NCBI GenBank assembly: GCA_016718685.1
Contig: JADKCX010000021.1
Coordinates: 1,650 to 65,649, forward strand
DNA from: Haliscomenobacter sp.
GTDB lineage: Bacteria; Bacteroidota; Bacteroidia; Chitinophagales; Saprospiraceae
Direction of reading: 5' to 3'
DNA length: 64,000 nucleotides
In this document: in pieces, positions 1 through 9,296 of the stretch
How the letters are laid out: every line of letters starts with the position of its first letter
Position numbering within the stretch: position 1 is the stretch's first letter
Notes under the pieces: model-generated
Databases searched by the model: none
Told to the model about the DNA's origin: nothing
Seen by the model: only the letters and a program-made list of their open reading frames with translations
Made by a program: the position numbers and the translations under genes

Positions 1-95
1 ACCAAAAATACCTTGAAGTTCAGGTCATGGAGCCTGGAGTAGGTATCCTTTGGTTTATTTTCAGCCAACAGGAAGAGCTCATCGAATTTGAAATA

Positions 96-737
96 CTACC
101 AGCCTACCAAAAGTAAGACCCGAACCAATAATACCACCCCAAATACAATCAGGGCCGCCCCCGAGATTCTTCTCAACCAAAGCAAATGCACCGGGCGCAG
201 GGAATACCTGATCCTTTTGGCCAAAATCACCTTGAGCAGGTCGGTTAAAATAATCGTCCCAAGTACGCCTCCAAAAAAGATGGAAGCCTGATTTCCATCA
301 AATCCATCTTTGATTACTACTGTACCCATCAAGCTGGTCCAAAAAAACACCGTGAAAGGATTGATGGTATTGATCAAAAAACCTTTGACAAAGAGCGATG
401 GATAACTTGAACTACGTTTGTAGTCGGGCACGGTATTGTTCAATAGCCCTTTGGGGATGGTCAGCAGGGAGGCTAGTCCAAAACCGGCCAGTAAAATACT
501 GCCCCCAATACCCAGAATCAACGTAAAACTTTGGGTATTCACAATATCGGCGAGGTAAGACACCCCGAAGTACACCGCCAGTACAAATAAAAAATCACTC
601 ATCCAGATGCCTAATGCAACCATTGCACCCGCGCGAAATCCCTCCTCAACACTGGTTTGAACCAATGCGAAAAAGATGGGGCCAATCATAAAGCTAAGGA
701 TAAGTCCTATTTTTATGCCGTCAAAGAGCATGTTCAT
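96..737 (-). CDS. LysE/RhtB-family amino-acid exporter
   Basis: 213-aa ORF with about 6 hydrophobic helices. The N-terminal pattern GLILSFMIGPIFFALVQTS is typical of LysE translocators. Confidence 0.75.
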   Translation of the reverse strand: MNMLFDGIKIGLILSFMIGPIFFALVQTSVEEGFRAGAMVALGIWMSDFLFVLAVYFGVSYLADIVNTQSFTLILGIGGSILLAGFGLASLLTIPKGLLNNTVPDYKRSSSYPSLFVKGFLINTINPFTVFFWTSLMGTVVIKDGFDGNQASIFFGGVLGTIILTDLLKVILAKRIRYSLRPVHLLWLRRISGAALIVFGVVLLVRVLLLVGW

Positions 738-880
738 TGTTGTTGCCAGATTTTTCCGCTAACGAGTGGTAGTCTTAGTACACAATCAGTAACAAATAAG
801 CGCTCAAGATAAATAGATATTGTATAAACTTAAGCAGTAGTACTCCCCTTCAATGGTATGCATACCTGGGCAGCCCCCCT

Positions 881-1636
881 TCACTTGTGTCTGAACCAAC
901 AATCCCTCCGATCCAACTCATACGCTTTAAAAACGGTATTACAAGGCTCACCATGAATTACCCGCTCATTGAACTGGGTGCGCATGAGGTAATTGAAAGC
1001 GCCCATGTCGCCAGTGTATGCCGTTTGGTTGTCATGATTGTATTGCTCATGAATCTGAGCTAATTGTTCAATGAACTCCTGCATGACCTGGATGTGTCCA
1101 CCAATGATGCCACAATTCAGCATGGGAGCATCCAGAAAACGCTGTTCAAAATTGGCATAATCGGCAATTTTGCTGCGCAAATGTTCCGAATGATCGTGCA
1201 TCCAACCATCATCGAGGCTTTTGGGTTCATCCCCACAAAAAATGGCGTCAGGGTGGTTCCTAAACAGCACTTGAACAAAGGGATTGTTGAGAACAACTAC
1301 ATCCGTAAAGTCGGTAACAAACACATGCTCAATCGCAGTTGAATGTGCTCGCAGAAAATCGCGGTAAATCAAGTAGCGAAAAACATTGGGATTGAATTGA
1401 GGATTGTAAGCAATTTTTACAAAAGAAATATGCTCGTTTTGATGTTTTGCACAGCTTTCCTCCGTGAAATTGTTGTGAAAAATGATTCCGCGTAAATTTT
1501 GGGCTGCAATGGATTCCGCCCAATCTCTGACCAGTTCGTAGTCGTTGCCTTCCAGCGTAGTGCGGCGGTTTACATCGTAAATACCCGTGATGTGGCAAGC
1601 CAGAATCAGGTCTTTATGGCCGGATACAGAAAACAT
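881..1636 (-). CDS. Hypothetical protein, possibly a GT-A-fold nucleotide-diphospho-sugar transferase
   Basis: 251-aa ORF directly downstream of a GT2 gene. The pattern VFVTDFTDVVVLNNPF...GDE...LNCGIIGG resembles the DxD / N.G layout of nucleotide-diphospho-sugar transferases. The assignment is by eye only. Confidence 0.4.
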   Translation of the reverse strand: MFSVSGHKDLILACHITGIYDVNRRTTLEGNDYELVRDWAESIAAQNLRGIIFHNNFTEESCAKHQNEHISFVKIAYNPQFNPNVFRYLIYRDFLRAHSTAIEHVFVTDFTDVVVLNNPFVQVLFRNHPDAIFCGDEPKSLDDGWMHDHSEHLRSKIADYANFEQRFLDAPMLNCGIIGGHIQVMQEFIEQLAQIHEQYNHDNQTAYTGDMGAFNYLMRTQFNERVIHGEPCNTVFKAYELDRRDCWFRHK

Positions 1637-1645
1637 AACGAGGGG

Positions 1646-2302
1646 CTAGGAAAAGGTGGATAAAACGGCTTTCTTTAACTTGTCACAGGTACTATCCTCA
1701 TAGTTCCGGTAGTAGACATAGGTCCTTAAGTCCAACTTATTTACCGTGTATTTTTGCCCGGCACGCTCATAAAAATCTGCATCCGCAGCATATCCATCCT
1801 TAAATTGAATGTCGGCAAAAACCTCTTTTTTGCCAAAAAGTGTAGCAAACAGAATACACTCATCCAAATGGATCATTTGGTAATTGTCAAACCGATCGGG
1901 CACGTAGTAATCGTCTTCAGTATCTACAATAATGTAGGCGTTGGAGGCAATCAAGTCGCTGGTGCCGATTGAATCAATGCACGCCAGGAGGTGATTCGGC
2001 TTGTATTCATCATCCCCATCGAGAATGGTGATGTATGTTCCAGTGCTGTTGTAGATGCCCAGATTGATTGATCTGGCTTGCCCACAGTTCTTATGGCGAA
2101 AGTAGGTGATCTTGTCTTCATGCTTTTTGACGTAATCAAGCAATAAATTTTGCTCATCATTGGTACTGCCATCATCAATGATGAGTAATTCATAGTCTTG
2201 AAAAGTCTGCTGCAGTACGGAATCAATTGCCCTTTTTAATAACACAAAATCAGTGTTGTATACAGCCATCAAGACAGATACGCTCGGCTTACTCATTTCC
2301 AT
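1646..2302 (-). CDS. Glycosyltransferase family 2
   Basis: N-terminus VSVLMAVYN...AIDSVLQQTFQDYELLIIDDGSTND and a downstream ILDGDDEY (DxD) motif, the classic GT2/GT-A signature. Confidence 0.85.
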   Translation of the reverse strand: MEMSKPSVSVLMAVYNTDFVLLKRAIDSVLQQTFQDYELLIIDDGSTNDEQNLLLDYVKKHEDKITYFRHKNCGQARSINLGIYNSTGTYITILDGDDEYKPNHLLACIDSIGTSDLIASNAYIIVDTEDDYYVPDRFDNYQMIHLDECILFATLFGKKEVFADIQFKDGYAADADFYERAGQKYTVNKLDLRTYVYYRNYEDSTCDKLKKAVLSTFS

Positions 2303-2337
2303 GGATAATCAAGTATTTAAAATGAATTTTATAATGT

Positions 2338-3879
2338 TTAGTTGACCAAATTCCTCCGCACAAACTCCTCCCAATCCCGAAACCGCTCTTTTTTCATCAC
2401 CCGAGGGAACTTGTGCTGCCCGCCCATTTTGCCCTGGTGCTCGTGCCATTTGTAAAAAATATTGGCCGGAATCACTTCTACCTCAATTTCGCGTAGCACA
2501 GAAGCCCGTTCAACCCGATAGTCGTCGTTGATCTCTTTGAGTTTGGCATCCAGCAAGGTTTTGATTTTTTCCACATTGTGGCTGGCATCACTACCGATGT
2601 ACCATTTGTGGGCATAAAAACTGCCAACCTCCACGGCAGCTACCGTAAACTCCGGTATACTGATGTCCAGCTCCTCCTCCACATGTTGAATACCCCGGTT
2701 CATGTTGTCTACAGATAGATGCTCGCCACAAATGCTCAGGTAGTGCTTGGTGCGGCCCGTAATGATGATTTCCGAGCGCCGTTTGTCTGTAAACCGTACC
2801 GTATCGCCAATGAGATACCGCCAGGCGCCACCGCTGGTGCTGGTGAGCAAGGCATAGTCTTCTCCTTCTATTACCTGATCAATGGTCAGGGTTTCGATGC
2901 TGGGGCGCAGGTTACCTTCGGCGTCAAAATTTTTTTCATTAAAAGGGACAAACTCAAAAAAGATGCCGTTGTCCATTAAGAGGTGCATCGAACTCGTTTC
3001 GGGACGATCCTGAATGGCGATGAAGCCTTCCGAAGCGAGATAGGAGTCCATGTACACCAGGGGGCGGGCCATCAATTTTTCGAAACCCTTGCGGTACGGC
3101 TCAAAATGTATGCCTCCGTGTACACATACCGATAAATTAGGCCAAATGTCGTGGATGTTTTTTACCTGATGGTACTCAATGATTTTTTCCATCATCAGTT
3201 GCAACCAGGAAGGAATGCCCACAATGAAGCCTACGTCCCAATTGGGGGCATTTTTGGCAATTTCGGCAATCCGCTCGTCCCAGCTCCGAATGCTGGCAAT
3301 TTTGTTGCCCGGCTTATAATACGAACGCAACCAAAAAGGTGGACGACTGGCGTTGATTCCACTCAAATCCCCGGCAAAATACCCGTTTCCTTGCTCCAAA
3401 TCTGTGGAGCCACCCAACATCATCATGTCTTTGGTGAAAATATCCGGATCGACATTAAATCGCGACAACGCAAAAAACATGCGCATTCCTGCCCGACTAT
3501 TGAATCGGAACAGGTCATTGGTGATGGGGATGTGTTTGCTGGGTGCGCCGGAGGTGCCTGAGCTCAGGGCAAAATATTTGACTTGGCCAGGCCAGGTGAC
3601 GTCAGGTACCTGGTTGAGGGTCATGTGCCACCAACGGTCATAAATGGTGTTGTAATCGTAAGTTGGAACATGATGTTTGAACGCCTCAATTGGATTTTCA
3701 CTATTGAGGACATCATTGAAATGGTAATATCGTCCAAACGAGGTATTCCGTGCTTTGCGCAACAGCCAGCGCAAGGTTCTAATCTGATGTTGGATGGGTT
3801 TGATTCTTTGCCCGCGGCGGCTGTCCAGAATTTGTCCCAAACGTGCTCCTCGTTTGATTAGGGCCCCGAATATCGACAT
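2338..3879 (-). CDS. GH3 (auxin-responsive promoter) family protein, putative acyl-acid amido synthetase
   Basis: 513 aa. The size and motifs (FALSSGTSGAPSKHIP, YLASEG, adenylate-forming-like layout) match the GH3-domain proteins common in Bacteroidota. Confidence 0.75.
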   Translation of the reverse strand: MSIFGALIKRGARLGQILDSRRGQRIKPIQHQIRTLRWLLRKARNTSFGRYYHFNDVLNSENPIEAFKHHVPTYDYNTIYDRWWHMTLNQVPDVTWPGQVKYFALSSGTSGAPSKHIPITNDLFRFNSRAGMRMFFALSRFNVDPDIFTKDMMMLGGSTDLEQGNGYFAGDLSGINASRPPFWLRSYYKPGNKIASIRSWDERIAEIAKNAPNWDVGFIVGIPSWLQLMMEKIIEYHQVKNIHDIWPNLSVCVHGGIHFEPYRKGFEKLMARPLVYMDSYLASEGFIAIQDRPETSSMHLLMDNGIFFEFVPFNEKNFDAEGNLRPSIETLTIDQVIEGEDYALLTSTSGGAWRYLIGDTVRFTDKRRSEIIITGRTKHYLSICGEHLSVDNMNRGIQHVEEELDISIPEFTVAAVEVGSFYAHKWYIGSDASHNVEKIKTLLDAKLKEINDDYRVERASVLREIEVEVIPANIFYKWHEHQGKMGGQHKFPRVMKKERFRDWEEFVRRNLVN

Positions 3880-4017
3880 ACAGTTTTGGTTTTAGAAAGC
3901 AACCGAAACCCGTAAGCACAAGTGTAAATAGCGTTACGAGAGGCTAAAGGTACACAGTTATTCCTTATCCGTTAGTAGTTATCGACCAGAAACCATCGAA
4001 TGGGAACTGTAGAAAAG

Positions 4018-7000
4018 CTATCTCACCAATGTGACATCACCCTTATATGTTTTTCTGCGGCCACCCAGTTGCTCTATTTCCACCCAATAAACGTATACAC
4101 CCGGAATCGGAGTTTGCCCATCAATACGGCCATCCCAGCCGCTGAGGTTGTCCATATCAAAATTTTCTTTTTCAAAAACCATCTCCCCCCAACGGGTGTA
4201 AATGCGTAGGGTAAGGATTTTAGTTGCGCTAAAAGGCCCCCCGTAAACGGTGAAATAATCGTTTAATCCATCACCATTTGGCGAAAAGGCATTGGGGATA
4301 AATGCACCGCAGTCATCAGCATTTATGGCATCATCCAGGCGGAAAGTATCGAGGCAAACCCCTTCGTAGGAAGCGATCAAGGTAATGTCGTAAGCACCAG
4401 TATCGTATACCGTACCCGGATTTTCCAGGGTAGAGGTCTTGCCGTCGCCAAAATCCCATTCCCAGCGGTTGGAGTTGCGGGAGAGGTTTTGTAGCAGTAC
4501 GGGAAAAGGCGCACAGCCCGTAGAATCCCCATTGATTTGGAACATGGCCTCTGGTCGCGATCGAATCAAGAGCGATTTGGTAATGGTGTTTTCACAACCA
4601 TTGGGAAAGTCCCTGATGGTCAAACTGACATTGGCCATCATGCCGCCGTTTTGGTAACGGTGTTGTGGAGAATACGAAACCGAATCGATCTGACCATCGC
4701 CAAAATCCCAGCGGAAAGCGGCACGTTCATTGGAACGGTTGATGAACGTGGTAGGCTGTTGCGCACAAGCGTACCGATCGGTGGCAAAATTGACATCCGG
4801 AAGCGGGTAAATGTTGATTTTTCGACTCAAAGAATCGTAGCCACAGCCTGTAATCGAGACTAAAGTGACCGTAAGTGTGGTATCGCTATCGCGGTAAATA
4901 TAAGTCGGATTGCGTTCCTGTGAAGCTCCTCCATCGCCAAATTTCCAGAACACTCTGGTTGGTAAAGGGGTAGAAGCATCGCGGAACTGGATGGGTTTAT
5001 TTGGACAAATGTTGTAATCGTCTAAAGAGAAAAAGGTCTGAACCCCTGGTGAAGTCACCGTCAAGGGAAAGGAGTCCCTCGAAATGCCACAAGCATTGCT
5101 CACCTGTAACTTAATCAGGTATTCAAGTGTAGTTGTATCCGCACTATAACGTTGGACGTATATATTGCGACAAGTATTGTCGGTAATGCCATTGCCAAAA
5201 TCCCAAAAACAAGCATCCGGAGATCCAGTTGACCGATTGGTAATCGTCGCTTCTACCGGTGAGCATTGGTTGCTCAAAGAGTCGAGTCCAATCCGTGCTT
5301 TGGGAAGAGGAAATACGGAGATCTCGCTTTGATCGATGCTGTTCCCACATTGGTTCACGATATTGAGCGTAACCGTGTAGCGCAGAAAAATGGTACTATC
5401 GTTGGTGAATGTAAAAGCCGAATCGGGCAAATATGTAGCTAAGGAATCCCCAGCTGAACGGCCAAAATTCCAGATGTAGGTCAACCCGTCTCTTTGGGGT
5501 TCATTGGGACGAAAAGAAATGTTTACGGGCGAACAACCTTCGGTCGCACTTGGCGTGAAGGCCGCAGAAGGGGGAGGAGCGACCACCGTAAGCATTTGAC
5601 TAAGCGTATCTGCACAATTGCCAATGAGGGCGATTTGGGTGATGCGTTGTTCTCCCGCAGGAATGAACTGGAAAGGAGGCGGATCAAGGGGAATATCTCC
5701 CAAAAGCCAGCGCGAGCGTTCCGCATTGGTTCCGCTCAGATCTATCTGTACCAATCGGTTGGAACAAATGTTGCCCTGGGGTTGAAAACTGGCCTTGGGC
5801 CTGGTAACCCGTACAAAAGCAGCATCCGTATTCCTACACCCAATGGGGTTGGTTACGGTATAGACTACTTCTACCGAATCCAGCGGAGTAGTGAGTTTAC
5901 TTGCGTCAAAATTATTGCCCACTATACAGTCTGGACAAACTGTAGCGCTCCAACTTCCCCCCAATGGCAAACCTTGTAAAGGTGTGGCAGAATTGAAACA
6001 AACATCGCCAGCCTGGGCCTCCAGAGTTACCCTTTGTACATCAATGATCACGGAGTCTTGTTGGGCACAAGTTCCCGTTCCATTGTTGTAAATGATTTTA
6101 AAAGAACCCGCTTCCTGGGGATCAAAAGTAAATCTTCCGGCCTGATTGCCAATAAAACGTGCATCTTGCCAGGTGCCTCCAAGAGCAGATACCTCCAACG
6201 CAAAAGATCCCGAGCCTTCACAAACCGAGGTGTCGCGTGCCGGGGTCGTAATTTTTAGGGGGTCGGGAGTACGCACAAAAAAAGTGTCGGTCAATACCTG
6301 CGTACCACACACATCGCTAAGCGTAGCTTCTACAACGTATGGAGCGGAGGTCGCTCCTAATTCTACAGGGAAAGTGGTTGCCCGTACGCCATTGATGCTG
6401 TACACCGCATTGGGGATAACGGGAGAAGGCGTATAACGAATTTGATTGCATTCATCTACTTGATGGTTAAGGCTGAGTACAACCTTAGCCTGCACCTCAA
6501 AGGTAGTGGTATCTCGGCGTTCGCAGCTGCCATCTCCACGCACATAAAAAATCGGAAAAGTACCGGCAGTTGCAGGGTTAAAGGCAAAACCTGAGCCTAC
6601 CTGAATGACATTGTCGCCTTGAAAAGTACCTCCGGCGGGCAATGCAGACAGCATGCGGGCAGAATCGCCAACGCAAACCTGGGTAAGCGGTAAAAGCGGT
6701 TGCGTAATCCCTACTGGTAGGGCACCAGTCACCACAAACGTATCTAAGGCCTCCTGCCGGCCACAAGTGTTTTCAAAGGTAGCCCTAACCGTATACACAT
6801 CCCGATTGGTACTCACCATAATGGGGACAGGAAAATTGCCAATTGGATTGCCATTGAGGCTATACTGCGCATTGTTGATCAAGGGAACCGTGGTATACTC
6901 AAAATCAAGACATTCATCCGTTTGGGGCCGAATACTGAGGCGAACATTTTCTTCCACGGTAACATTTACGGTATCGCGTCGTTCACAAGTCCCATTGCCA

Positions 7001-8347
7001 CGCACATAAATTAGGGGAAAAACTCCAGCGCGACTGGGCGTAAAACGGCTAATATTTCCTTGTCTGCTGACGTTTTCGCCCAACCAGCGTCCACCCTCTG
7101 GCCCCGCATTAAGGGCAATAGCTGTGGTACGTTCACATACAGTGGTATCTTTGCTTGGGGTAGATATAGACACCGTTTCGGGCTGTAATACATAAAAGGT
7201 ATCGGCGCGCATTTGATTGCCACATTCATTGTTCAGACGCACTTCTACGATATAAGGCGAAGGCAAGGATGGCAAGGTTGTTGGAAAATTGGCGGGGGCA
7301 ATGTTGATGCCGTTGAGGGTATAAGTAGCATTCAAATTGAGTGGATCCGGGCGGTAGTTGAGCGAAATACAACCATCTTCCTGCTCCTTTAAGGGAAGTA
7401 ATCCCTCGGCAGATTTTACATCGATCGTCAGTGTCTTCGTGCTGGGGTTCATACAATTGTTGTCAACGCTCAGGGTCACGGTATATATACCCGCCTCAAA
7501 AATATCCAATCGGCTAATTTGTTGGCGATTGCTGTTGTTCAACCATTGGGTTCTACCCGGTCCTGAGACCGTCCAGGTGTACAAGCTTGCATTTAAGCTA
7601 CCTGCCCCCGTCAGGCGAATGATGTTCCCGCGCGACAAACAGACGATATAGCGATCGGGAGCTACTTCAATAACGCCTGAATCGGCTCTGGCCATGGCCA
7701 ATGGCTCTCCAAGTACCCGAATGGGTTAGTGAAGCCGAGACGGTTCCACAAGCGTTTTTGGCCGTCAGTTGCACTGTTTGGTTGCCCAGATTCGTGTAGG
7801 TGTGCTTGGGACTGCGCTCTATGCTCGTCGTTCCATCTCCAAAATCCCAGATGTATTCCATTTTGGGGTCGTTGCTCGGACAAGTTTGGTTGTTGAACTG
7901 TACCTCATTCCCTGTACAAACTACATTGTTGTCATTGATCCGTATCTCTGGCCGAGGCGGCATTTGGTAGGTCAAAAATTTGCTGACATTTTCTAAATCA
8001 TTATTGGTATAACTGGCCAATACGGTGACCTGCACACAAAATCCGCCTACATCGCCCAATGGACAAGCGTAAGCGCATTCTTTCAAATAATCGCTTGTAT
8101 TGTATTTGTGGGAGAGGGTCAGGGAATCTCCTTTGACAATGGTTACCGGAGCGGTGCCATCACCCCAATTGAGGGTGATCGATCTTATCTCCAGGCTCGG
8201 GTTGGGGGTAATCTGCACCTCTACCACACTATCAGCAACGCAGCGCACTTCAGTGCCATTCAACACGGTGACTTGTACCGTTTGAGCTTTTACAATACAA
8301 GTGATGGACATCAAGACTAAAATGCCTGAAACTAGCTTCAGTGACAT
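4018..8347 (-). CDS. Large PKD-repeat cell-surface protein with T9SS type B (CHU_C) sorting domain; frame disrupted near 7725
   Basis: Two overlapping ORFs make one gene. 7667..8347 carries signal peptide MSLKLVSGILVLMSITCIVKAQ and a WDFGDG PKD-like unit. 4018..7701 has no signal peptide, three ~150-aa tandem modules, at least 6 W.FGDG PKD-like units, and the C-terminus FIPNAFSPNGDGLNDYF...GVYVYWVEIE...GDVTLVR. The homologous reading continues ...SASLT / PIRVLGEPLAMARADSG across a 1-nt shift at about 7724-7730. Confidence 0.8.
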
Positions 8348-8618
8348 GATTCATATGGGTTTTGGTTGCGCAAAGGTGCGACAATTAAACAGAGGGAAGC
8401 AAGACTAGATTATTAGGCATCTGTAGTTATAACGCAAAGAAAGTACATTTATTTATTTCATATAATTAGAAAGCTTGTTGTTTTGTGGTTTTTTTAAAAA
8501 AAAAAGACACATTTACTACAAATGGGTAGAGGGCTAAATACAGTGTAAGGTATGATGACTCAATTAAGGTGAGATCGCCCAGCTGTGGGCAGCAAAAACA
8601 GTTGAATGGTTTTTCCTT

Positions 8619-9155
8619 TTACTGCTTCACCTCCAAGCTCCCATCCACCGCACTAAAGCGGATATTCGAAAAATCCTGATTGGCGGTAAAACCGTGGCTG
8701 CGGATAGTATCCTTGAGGGTCGTGACGACTACAAAGCGGTTGGTGGATACTTGTTGATCTCGTTCGTTCCAGGTGAGTTCTGGTGATTCCAACTTTTTGC
8801 CATCTACACTTTTCCATACTACACTGTCCCGCACAAGGGTCAGCCCCTTGTACTCGTAACGCACGGCATATTTAGCCGTTAGTGTGCCCGCCAGTGCGCC
8901 CGTTGTATTAAAAAAATCCACCTTAATGCCCTTAATGAATTCCTGACGGGGGTCATCCGTCACCAAATGACGCAGCATGACCGGACCACGAATGCGCACC
9001 CGGATCAGGGCTGAATCGCTGTACAGCATGTCTACATCATTGATGGTTTCCAGGTATACAGCTTCCTTCGAAAACGTTTCTACTTGTTCTTCTTTACCTG
9101 CACAGCCTTGCAAAAACAAGATGGCCAATGCGGTGAGGGTAAGGATATTGCGCAT
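8619..9155 (-). CDS. lptC: LptC-like periplasmic lipoprotein
   Basis: I start the gene at the internal Met (MRNILTLTALAILFLQGCAGK, lipobox). The upstream part of ORF 8619..9284 is translation of a word-repeat hairpin. The body (D..YSDSA.I...G.V...EF.KG..V.F....G...L.A.YA......L..V.W.......L...ELTW......T...V......G.GF.A.QDFS) resembles Bacteroidota LptC. Confidence 0.5.
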   Translation of the reverse strand: MRNILTLTALAILFLQGCAGKEEQVETFSKEAVYLETINDVDMLYSDSALIRVRIRGPVMLRHLVTDDPRQEFIKGIKVDFFNTTGALAGTLTAKYAVRYEYKGLTLVRDSVVWKSVDGKKLESPELTWNERDQQVSTNRFVVVTTLKDTIRSHGFTANQDFSNIRFSAVDGSLEVKQ

Positions 9156-9165
9156 ATTGAAGGAA

Positions 9166-9295
9166 GTTGAAAAGATGAGGGTTGAAAAGTTGAAAAGTAG
9201 TTGAAAAGTTAGTGCGTTTAAAAGTTTTTTGCAAAGATCGCAAATCTTGCAGTACCCACAACTTTTCAACTTTTCAACCTTCAACTTTTCAACTT
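9166..9295. repeat. Word-repeat palindrome (GTTGAAAA / TTTTCAAC family)
   Basis: The left arm 9166-9210 holds 4 GTTGAAAA-like words. The unique centre has its own small stem. The right arm 9260-9295 reads AACTTTTCAACTTTTCAACCTTCAACTTTTCAACTT. The element sits 2 nt after the stop of adhesin gene 9297..12293. Confidence 0.85.
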
Positions 9296-9296
9296 A

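Noticed and set aside
1-95. A possible partial gene at the left window edge.
   Set aside because: Less than 100 nt is available with no recognisable motif in any frame, so it cannot be supported.
8619-9284. N-terminal extensions of track ORFs (8619..9284 MKVEKLKS..., 30033..30872 MVVEVLKS..., 13430..14164 MAQNSRTPEP..., 23684..25075, 40343 and 49515 starts).
   Set aside because: The extensions are translations of word-repeat hairpins or promoter spacers. In each case an internal Met gives a canonical signal peptide or family N-terminus.
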